From Phoronis australis (taxonomy: Eukaryota; Animalia; Phoronida), in assembly GCA_002633005.1 (NCBI GenBank), contig NMRA01000829.1:1-64000 (forward strand): 64,000 bases of DNA. Direction: 5' to 3'. The notes below the pieces were generated by a model. The model was not told the DNA's origin. It saw only the letters and a list, made by a program, of their open reading frames with translations, and did not search any database. Position numbers and translations under genes: made by a program. Each line of letters begins with the position of its first letter. Positions within the stretch are counted from its first letter, which is position 1. Below, in pieces: positions 54,520-64,000 of the stretch.

Positions 54520-57500
54520 CTGAAAAATGAATAAAAAATATTGAGCTATCAATCGGTCTTCCTAACATGTTAAAACACAAGATTGTATAAGAACATAATA
54601 AGATATGCCAGACCATAACTCCGACCGTGCGATTAGCAGACGCAGAAAACAAATAACTAGATAAAAACACTCCACGGAGTGCAACTTGGCGAAATTTAAC
54701 GAAACCAAGATGAGCACAACAAAGACGATTGACAACGCATACAACGAAATCCCTCGGAAATTATAACTTTTAGTTTAGACGAGTCTCCAATCCCCTCGGC
54801 TGACACTATGAAGGTATTTGATTCGAATGCATATTTCTGTTTAGAAAGTTTTCACTCCTGCATTTGAATTTTTACCTAATTTTGAACTAGCGAACTAAAG
54901 TATTCACATGACTCATTGTCACTACTAATTGACCTATCGCAAGCTCTGCCCCCTTGCGACATGTCGACAAACAAACAATAAATTTTACCCGGCAACGAGT
55001 CGGGTAAAATCTCGACTTGGCAACAAAGGTGTGTCAAGAATGCTGCGTTGTGATTGGTTAGTGAAGCCGTCACTCAAACTCCTGGCGATAGGTCAGTTAT
55101 AATATGACGTCATTGGCTCAAAATCTGATAGTACAAAATGGCAGTTGATTTGATTCGTCTTTGTTGGAGAATGGTAAGAAGGGGCAAAATATTACCAAGT
55201 AAGACCCTTAGGGGCTCCCTAAATGTCCTACGGGAACTTGATTTAATTAGTATTGTTTTTGATTTATGGCTCTTTCACAATTTTTTAACAAACCGTTGAT
55301 GGACCGTCAGCTCTGTTTGAGATGAATATTGGTTATGTGAAACTTCGCACTCAGTTTCTTGGATTTAATACGTAGGGGAGAGCGGGGCTTGTTGAAACAC
55401 TGTGAGTGTTGCCATTTACCCACGTTACAAGTAATTCTGCTCTTCCCTACTACTTCAGGTTTGACAATTTTCATCCCTCTGTCTCATGGACCACAAGTGC
55501 GTTGTCATTAACATTGTTCTTATCCTATCAATATGCTTCTTTTCTCAAGAGCTGCTCTTATTTTTCCATTTGCCAAAATTTTGCTCATATGAAAAAAAAA
55601 CTTCTGCTCAGCCGCGTTTGACATCTCTGAGTAAAGAACCACACAAATATGCAAAAGATTTAATGAACTTCTATACCAAGTACACAAACCGGAACAAACA
55701 AATGCAAAAAAGTCTCACGCGTGCGCGGCGCACCCTCAGCGGCCGCGAGGCGGGAGTTGGCATTCCAGTTCTATGTTTAAGCAGAAATTACGTCATTTAC
55801 TCCGTAAGCCAACACTAGCGTGAACTATCTTAGTCATATCGAGCATATCAGTCTGTGCGCAAAATAGTTCGCTTCCGCCATTTTGCTCAGTACGTGGCGC
55901 TTTTGCAAACATGGTGGCTCTCTGTTCTTATCTTAAGCAGTAGCCCGTTTCTGAATCAATGTGCTACAAAACAACTGTTGTAAGTGCCGTCTCAGATCAA
56001 TCCCCGAACCGGGAATCTCGCCTGGACCAGCCATGTACGGTTGTACCGGTCTGTATAGCAAGCCAGTGATTAGAGAGTGTGAGGTTTTTGTTCCGTTAAT
56101 TTATATTTTTACTTATACTTTTATGTTAAAAGAATAATTTAAAGTATCACTTATCTTCAAAGTGTGTTTGATTTGACTTTTCTTTAGCTGCTATTTTTCT
56201 TGGACGTAACTTAAAAACTCGTATTTTCTTTTGATAATTTGAGTGATACCTAGTCGTTTGAATGCCTTGATAGTTGATTTTCAGATAAAGTGACATCTGC
56301 TATTAATCAGAGCTTCGGCTTTTGACAAGGACTACAAAATTATTTAGCCAACTCGCCTGTTTTTCACTCTCAGTCAAAGAGCTGTGTGCGGCGAAATAAC
56401 TAATAACTATAAAAGTGAACGTTCAACAAAAACTGAAATGCAATATTTAAGAACAAGAAAATTGTATGACAATAGCAAATAATACTTAAAAGCAATGATA
56501 ACAGAACAGCTTTTACGTAATTTTTTCTTTCCTAACTCAAGCATGTATCACCAGGGCAACTTCCCATGTCTAGCGTGAACACAACGAAAGCTGATTCCCG
56601 TACACTAGCTGGTACCCGTGCGAAGCATGGCTTCCCCGTACACTAGCTGGTACCCGTGCGAAGCATGGGTTCCAGCCGGCGTGCTAATAATTACTTAGCT
56701 AAAACTTTATTCGGCATCTGTGAAGGGGGAACGGAAGACGAAGGGTGTTTTTCATGAAATTGATATAAGACTTAAGACAGATATTTGGTGTTACGATCTT
56801 ACATAACGATTGCTGAAAAAAGGATTAGCACTTATGTGTATATTCTCGCAGGCTTTGCACTTTTGTATATGCGAAATTTAATTATTTTTCGGAAATAGAT
56901 ACATGAAGCGTAAGACCAAACTTCTGTCATAAAGCTTAGTCACTTTCTTGAAACAGACTCCAGGGTTCGCATGAAGTGAATTACAGTTCATGATAAAAGA
57001 ATTACATCCCATAAGAAAAGAATGTCGTTAGTGAGAACAATGGGACGCTATTAACTAGAATGCCCGTATGAGCTATGAAGGAAAAAGATTGTCGAGTTGC
57101 GCAAACGCAAGAATCTCGCGTAGGAAGTTAAAATATGTGATCACGTGCTTTGCTTGTTATACTTGGGAAGTCTCTTGTTTTCGGGAGATTCTCGCGCCTA
57201 CGGAACGCACGCCCGGTTATGATAGAAGGCATAAGACGTTTTTATTCCTGTTGTTGACAGGTGACGAAAACTTACACGACGCTTCGGCTCGCGAGGTCAA
57301 TCCTAACACGGGGTTACATCTTATAATGCGGAGGCTACGAAGAATGTCTAGAAGTAAAGCCTGTATAGAACAGCAGAGCACATACAGCAACGCTTGAATT
57401 TTCTTTCTAGTCCTGTAGCTTAGTTGCTGCTCCTCCGTGAAACACTGGTGGACCGCCCAAAGCCCGCCAATGGCAGTGAGTTTTGAACAGGCCAAGAAAA

Positions 57501-60500
57501 TCTCAAAGAACAATGGCGGGCTTTCTTCCTGAAAAATACATTGAGAGTCCCACTGTTTGGCTCGGAAGAAGTTAATAAGGGTTCTGGTAGGAATTGAAAA
57601 GTGGTCGTGTCGTAATGTTTAGAAAGCGTTTAAGACCACCTCAAACATCTTGAAACAGATTTTTGGTCCTCCGAAAGCACGCTAACACTCACTTAAAACT
57701 TGTTAGGTGTATTATTTAGCTAGATGTGGAACATACCACAGAAGGCAGTTTTTCGTCAGTCAGCACTACGGAAGCAAGCACGCCCAATGCATGAATAACA
57801 GGACTTTGAGTGACCACTATCCGAGTTATTCGAACGCATCTCCTGTCATAAACAAACAACTGTACATTGGTATTGTGATTGCATTAACTCTTCTCTCGAC
57901 GCTCAACCAATTCACCTCGACGATCACAGTGTCGGTGACCGTTCTCTGTACAAACACTCTGAGACACGGCTAGCGAAAAGCGGAAAAATAAAGACCAAAC
58001 CAGTGAACGATGTCAGTCTACATACGAATCAGTGCCACGTATTTCCTTGTCACACCAAGGACGTTCTCCTTGCATTCTCAAGAATTTTGACGGAACGGAC
58101 TAAAACTGAGAGGAAACCGAATAAACGTTGGAGACAATTGTCACATGCAATTTGCGTAAGAACCCTGAGGACGGTGTCGACGTCTGATTTTGGACAGGGT
58201 TACCTTTTCTATAATTCCCTATCCATTTTCCTCTTAGTGCGGGTTCGGACGTTCTGGGAGCGAGTTTAGTGTGACACGGCCTATAATAGCATCTCAAATT
58301 TAACTGTTAACATTATGAGAACCGACAGAACAGACCAAAATTGCTTAATATTTTACACGTGGCGTGTGTTAACGGATAGTACAGTCACGTTTCTTACGTT
58401 GTTAGTCCACAGTTTGGAAGACATAGGCAGCACCGGAAGCATGGCTGAAGTTGGTTACCACGGACGATACACTTATCAGCATTTCGCTTGACTATTTCCT
58501 CATCTCCTCCAAGGTAGAAGTCAAAGAATAGGTTCATGATATGATACTGGCAAAGAGCGATGAAACTGGAATGACGGAGAGGTGGGTCTAGTGTGAACGG
58601 CGTTAGGTTCGTACATGTGGTGTACGTTAGACCATTTGGTATAATAAGTACAGTTTGTGCAGAGCAGAAGGCTAATAAAAGGGTGACAATCGCCTTACCA
58701 ATGCTTTGCAGTGACCCACAGTTCTTGTTCAGCCCTATAATGGATCATTTCATTGCTAATCTAGCACAAACTGAGGTGTCACAATTTGTCGATCAGGGTT
58801 TCCTCCTGTTGCAACACTGAGATATGACAAGACTACTTTTCATTTAGTTAGCATGTCTGGTGTCGCAATTCATCAAGTCAATATAACAATTGATGGTCAT
58901 TGTTCGGTCTTTCTCAGTGATAATAACCTACTAAAACGTGATTTCAGGAGTGGTGACACGACAATCGTGTATATCCTGAATCCTGTCGTGAGCCATCACC
59001 TCCGCTGCCAGAGCCTTCACGTTCGCGCTCTCCGAATGGGTCAGACGGTTTAACCACTGTGTGGCAGCCTCGTTCTCCATCCACGTACAATCTCAAAGCA
59101 TAACTATATGTACCTTTTAAACAAACCTACAGTCAACGTATGACACTTAATATTCTTAGTATTCTTTCTGGTGTTATTTCGCCAGCATTAGTGTTCTATG
59201 AACTAGGAGGTCGCTCGCTTTTCAAGCTAAGTCGGCCGAAGTTGCCGGAGTCTCCGCGGTTCTAAACTAACTGCGCAAACTTTTCAGGATTTTGGTTAAG
59301 ATGGACGTGCAGTCAGAATTGACGTTCACGTCTACTTAGGTTGCGATATTACCCTACTTACAAGGAGCATATGTATTCAATATCTTTAGTTGACCTTGGC
59401 ATCATCATTGCGAATAGAGATCCAACACCCATCACCTGAAAGGTATAATGTTTGAAACCATGGGATATGTTTCGTGAAAAGTGACTTAAGACTAAGGTCA
59501 GAAAATGTGTCTTTTCCTCGCATTTTGCTATTTCATATCCTTACATATAATTTTGCCATCACTTAGGAATAACGTACAGTGCACAAATTATCCGACTATT
59601 TAACCAAAACGTGTCGTGAGGTACATGTAAGACAGAGCAGGCAGTGGGTATGTTTAAGGGGTGATATATATTTAGTCAAGAAGACACAGATCATGCAAGG
59701 AGAATAATAAAAAGCAGAAATTGCGAGGCATTGTATCTGGGTTATAGACAGTACATAGAAGAAAGTATTACTCATAGAATTATATAACTAATATCAAAAA
59801 GACATTACCAGGAAGGGACAACTCGCTTAACAGCCATATTCGGTCTCCTTCCCCAGACTAATTCCATCAATACCTTCAACTTGAATAGAACACTATTGGT
59901 ATCATAAGAAAGAATATTTTTTGTATAGAAGGATATCAATTACCTATCTTCATGACCAGAAACAGCAGCATAATTTTACTTTGAAAATGTGATTTTCAGT
60001 GTACCCAATCACAAGTTCCCACACGCAGTCTCGGGTATTTTACGAGTGAGTCGTGAAATATAGATGGCGCGTTAATCAATTAACGCCTCATCAGCATGTC
60101 ATATTTGCATGTTGTAATCGACATTTTTTCGAGATTTTCGTCAGTTGGTAGGTTCAGATGGTGTCGATGCAACCAAAGGGTCTCATTGTGACGGATTTTA
60201 TCCAACAAAAAATGTGTTGAGGGACACGTTTGTCTATTGGCTCCGTTTACGGAAACCATATTTGAAGTGTTCGGGTCTTTTACATTAATAAAACGGAATA
60301 TTATTGGATGATCCAATTGCAACAAAACAGTTGAGAAAAAGACAGGTTGGCGTGCTGTTTTACATTGAGTGGGTTCACGCCAATTGTAATTGGTTCAGGC
60401 TCTCTGTGTGATCGAATGTTCATTGAAAATATGTACAGATTAATGCTCTGTTGCCCCAGCTGGACTGGCAGCGCCTTCCTGGTAATATCTAAAAAAGTAT

Positions 60501-61019
60501 TCAAATATTTAGAAATGCTATTAAAAACATATTAAAAAAACAGGGATTGTATAGACATGAAAATCGGAAGTGGGTATGGTGATCATAACGTTTGTACTAG
60601 ACACATGAATACTTACCAGTCCGACATTATGTCCCTTAGGATACAGAAACGTCTACATCGAACAAGCAACAAATATGCATACACACAGCTAATATCTCAA
60701 ATTTCTCCTTACTTAGTCCATCCATATGTTCTACAATGCACTTACAATCGTTTGTGGCATATAGTTACAACTCTACTGATAAATTCGCTACTCGATATCA
60801 GGTGTTTCGAAAACGAGGCCATTTTGGTTAGATTTTTTATCAATGAAAGTGATGTACTCACGGCATGGAGTCCTACCAGCCAACCGGAATGAACGATCAT
60901 TGACCAGAAGGTATTGGTTCTGGCCACGTATTCGAGGCTCTCGACACAAACGCACAACAATACGACAACATTGCAGACACAAAACCACAAAAGAATTGAC
61001 TCTGACTGAGTATCATGGT
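54146..61019 (-). CDS. Organic solute transporter alpha-like (OSTalpha/SLC51A, Solute_trans_a family) gene; spliced, at least 6 exons, 5' end uncertain
   Basis: join(61019-60862,59435-59362,58565-58398,57842-57737,57528-57276,54519-54146), all GT-AG, phases 1-0-2-2-0-1 consistent, open frame of 376 complete codons then stop. Multiple TM segments with MPRS, LGG, Cys-rich PCFRCCLCLP, IRCNP..TSRA and NHAMITLEILFLSILSR motifs in OSTalpha order. Confidence 0.85.
56605..56670 (-). mobile_element. Tandemly duplicated Helitron-type 3' end (hairpin + CTAG|T)
   Basis: Minus strand ACCCATGC-TTC-GCACGGGT-ACCAG-CTAG|T occurs twice, 38 bp apart (CTAG at 56643-56646 and 56605-56608). Confidence 0.6.
56743..56961. 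mobile_element. MITE, family of 14114-14349
   Basis: GGGTGTTTTTCATGAAA ... TTTCTTGAAACAGACTCC; GACTTAAGAC and CTTAGTCACTTT subterminal motifs. Confidence 0.6.
57276..57528 (-). CDS. OSTalpha-like exon (EESPPLFFEIFLACSKL...IRCNPVLGLTSRAEAS)
   Basis: 253 nt, tgtatttttcag| ... T|gtaagt. Confidence 0.85.
57737..57842 (-). CDS. OSTalpha-like exon (RCVRITRIVVTQSPVIHALGVLASVVLTDEKLPSV)
   Basis: 106 nt, tttatgacag| ... |gtatgt; phases fit both neighbours. Confidence 0.8.
58398..58565 (-). CDS. OSTalpha-like exon with Cys-rich motif (FIALCQYHIMNLFFDFYLGG...PCFRCCLCLP)
   Basis: 168 nt, tcattccag| ... AC|gtaaga. Confidence 0.87.
59362..59435 (-). CDS. OSTalpha-like exon (VMGVGSLFAMMMPRSTKDIEYICS)
   Basis: 74 nt, cctttcag| ... 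TT|gtaagt; PRS motif. Confidence 0.85.
60862..61019 (-). CDS. OSTalpha-like exon with first TM helix (ILLWFCVCNVVVLLCVCVESLEYV...WLVGLHA)
   Basis: 158 nt, ctactttcag| ... GCC|gtgagt. Confidence 0.8.
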
Positions 61020-61122
61020 CTGAAAGTAGTTGAAATGCATGTCTCGTGATTCTGTTGATGAAAACACTATGACAGAAATTGAACATTTTTAAGGGACGCT
61101 AAATCTTGTCAAGTGGTTTCAC

Positions 61123-61204
61123 CTAAATCTGTGTAAAGTTCCGTAGACGTATAAGTCTTGCTAAGGAACCTAGTGCGGTCAGTTGCTTCGCTCGTAATAC
61201 ATTG
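61123..61204 (-). CDS. Candidate upstream exon of the OSTalpha-like gene (...KTYTSTELYTDL)
   Basis: Phase-1 donor TTAG|gtgaaa fits the next exon, but the acceptor is weak and there is no in-frame ATG. Confidence 0.3.
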
Positions 61205-62324
61205 CTATATCTGATGAAGTCCTGCCTGTTCTTGCGTTTTCGAGGTAGTCTCGCCTTAACAGAATGCACGCTTTTTTGTTTCAACTGCCGTAGCACTAAA
61301 AGTCTCTATAAGTCTCTCTCCTGAGAGATTGAACATATTTCAACTATAAAAATTTCTCATGGTGTCACTTGGATAAAGTCGGCCCTATGTCGGCTGACGC
61401 AAGGATAGATCTGACCGAGGCTAAACCAGGATTACTAGTAGTGTCCTTTTAATTCCTGGCGCGGGCACTGGCCAGTGAATGAAACTCTCTTCATCCAGGG
61501 TGAGCCAAAGAGAGAGATGAGACTTTTTTAACTTTGATGGAAATTAGTAAATTATACTAAAAACACGCTTCATTGAGGACCACCGTATTGTACAATACGA
61601 GGAGGCAGTACAAAATATATAAGAAGGTAATTAGTACATAACATTCATAATACATTGGACATATATTGAAAGATTTCACTATGGTAACTAAAGCATAAAT
61701 ACTTAAAGTGAGAAAGCTGGGTGAAAGAAAAAATAATTATTAAATTGAAATTTTCGTAATTTCGTCTCTTTTATGGACCAGAGCAAGACCTCGTACTAAG
61801 GCTCGAATTTAACCATACTAAGCCGAACGATTAGAGCACAAATCTGCAAGTATTCTCGAAACGTGCCACGTAACTGGTCGATTTGCGAGTCATGAGTCGG
61901 ATACATAGATTAAACCCCGGGCCCAGGAACGCCGTTTTGCATAAAACTTTTAAACTCATCCTATGGATAACTCTTATTGGTTGCGTGGCGTTAATTGCGT
62001 CGTAAGACCACAAACTGTCGCTAATACACAAACTGTCGTCATCTTCAAATTGTGACAGTTTGTGCAGACTTTCGAAGAACAAACTCGTTGTTTTTGTGAC
62101 ATATTGGAGTTCTTATTGCAATATTAGTATCACCCCGTTGCAACTGCACGAGTAGATCTAAATGCAGCGCCTACCATTGTTTGTGTCCTACGTCAGTTAC
62201 AATGGTCACTTCATCGTCCTTGCATCGAAATAATCCTCGCCAACATCGTAGTTTTCACCAATCTGTCAGTCTTGGCACACTGGTCCTGTGTCGCAGTTAT
62301 CCTTCTCACCCCCGTAGCCATTAA

Positions 62325-62499
62325 ATTGTCTACAATTCCATTGTCTACAACTCCATTGTCTAATTCCATTGTCTACAATTCCATTGTCTGCAATTCCATT
62401 GTCTACAATTCCATTGTCTACAATTGCATTGTCTACAATTCCATTGTCTACAATTCCATTGTCTATAATTCCATTGTCTGCAATTACATTTTCTGCAAT
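62325..62499. repeat. 15-bp minisatellite (AATTCCATTGTCTAC) x ~11
   Basis: Directly visible; explains the four pentapeptide-repeat ORFs at 62266-62628. Confidence 0.95.
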
Positions 62500-64000
62500 C
62501 TCGTGGCTCGTGGAGGACACCAATCTTTCCCTTTGGTCGCTTCAAGTTTCCCCACACCACCGGTCGTCACGGAACATTTTCAAAGGGACAGCACCATACA
62601 TCACCCAAACCTGAGAAGACCTCTATAACCCTCCAAAGCGACGAATTGCGTCAGCTTTGATTCTAATGCTACATTTGACCTTCAAAGGTCAGCACAAACC
62701 CTCGCAATTTAAGGGCTAAATCAGTTTGTGCAACCTCACAAACTACAAACGATGGCAAAGAAATATTATATTACAGCTTGTGCTTCCAAGGTCTGAAAAA
62801 CTGTCGTAATTTGGCAATTACTACAGTTAGTGCTGTAGCGACAGTTTGTGGTCCAGCTGAGCCGTCAGTGTCGATATCTGGTGCTCCCGGGCCCTGCTGG
62901 TATCAGTCTGCCAATGGAACTGTGTCAAAAAAGTAAGCGTATATTTGTAAGACCTACATTTTCTTCTTTTCTTAACTCTAAGTAAGATTGTTCAACTTGA
63001 CATTCGTCAACTGTGACACTGCTCAACTGCGTTACCTAAAATGTTTTGCATAAAAATCCGGGAGGACGGTAGTCCCTGGGATTGTACCACGCTGCAGTTC
63101 ACAATAGACGGAGAAGAGTTACCAGGCATACTGTCATCATTTTGCTGAAAAAAAAAACATTTTCTTCAATTTACATTAATGAAATATTTGGCTTGTGAAA
63201 CTGGTAGGTTTATATTGACGTAGCCTTGCACATAAAGTTGACGCTAGTCCTTGTCTAGCTGGATGACAAATTTTGACATCAATCTGGCGTCATTGGATAT
63301 CTTGTACTAAAATAATGAAGCCATTTCAAAAGAATAGAATGGAATAGAATAGAATAAACGAGAATAGAAAAAATATTTTATACCGGAAACGGGTACAAAC
63401 AATAAACCTTAACAGAGATGCTAGTTTCCGATACAAATAGCAGGAATGTGTACAATGGAAGCGAAGTAAACTATATGACGTACAGATCGATGGTATAAAA
63501 TAAAAACGAGAAAAGTACCAACTCAGATACAACTGCCAAAGTTTATAAACTTACAGGAATCACAATTATTGCCCTCACACTCACACAAACTTTCGAAATG
63601 TTTCCACGAGGTCAAATTCCTCAAGACTCGAAACTGCTGGCAGATAACGAGGAAGGGTGTTCCATATTTTGACTCCTTGACAAATTAAGTCATTGTAACC
63701 ATACCTTTTTATATTGTCAGTCATAATTGTGAATCACAAGTGGATATTTTGTGCTCACCTGCTACCAATATCATCTTGGTGAATTAAAACTTTCTGAACG
63801 TGATCCGTGTGAAGCGTTTTGTCACCTTTTTTACAAATACGTGACAAAGCTCGTGAAAGTATAATATTTATTTTACAAATAATATTGCTCACTTTTCTCA
63901 CTGCATGGTCATGTATAGTCTGTGTTCCAGTCAAGTGTACTATTCCCGGGCGGTCGTCGCGGTACAACGCCATGTTAGCTCCAAAATTCTATTAGTCACA

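Noticed and set aside
54520-54744. N-terminal part of ORF 54146-54670 and ORF 54562-54744 as coding
   Set aside because: They lie upstream of a strong splice acceptor at 54520; intronic read-through.
60066-60096. CTGATGA followed by hairpin GCGTTAAT/ATTAACGC (minus strand) as a hammerhead
   Set aside because: The essential GAAA after stem II is missing.
58570-60860. Faint LINE endonuclease/RT-like peptides on the minus strand
   Set aside because: Matches were fragmentary, in the wrong domain order, and partly explained by OSTalpha exons; not supportable without alignment.
62266-62628. Pentapeptide-repeat proteins (IVDNG, NSIVY, QWNCR, STIPL)
   Set aside because: All are translations of one 15-bp minisatellite that is open in several frames.
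62857-62932. Plus-strand exon-like segment (ccag|...|gtaagc)
   Set aside because: Isolated, with no partner exons or recognisable peptide.

Overview
AT-rich, intron-containing animal genomic DNA, probably from a marine invertebrate (inferred from the repeat landscape; species not determinable). It is a draft assembly with one 419-nt N gap and five single-N joins. Two spliced protein-coding genes lie on the minus strand and are mostly invisible in the ORF track. (1) A type II membrane M1 zinc aminopeptidase (aminopeptidase N-like): 7 exons reconstructed by hand at 38407->13278, 514 codons, with GAMEN, HExxH-18x-E and the catalytic Tyr; its 3' half was not found in the window. (2) An organic solute transporter alpha (OSTalpha/SLC51A-like) gene: 6 phase-consistent exons at 61019->54146; start exon uncertain. 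The rest is introns and intergenic DNA full of transposon debris: a Copia remnant lacking RT, hAT, Academ/XPG, THAP and LINE fragments, Helitron 3' ends, many MITEs and tandem repeats. The most notable unexplained structure is a 2.06-kb non-autonomous element (8036-10091) with CAC-initiated, RSS-heptamer-like ~70-bp TIRs and a 5-bp TSD, the signature of the Transib/RAG-like group. No rRNA, intact tRNA or CRISPR was found. All calls come from manual reading and translation; no database searches were run.
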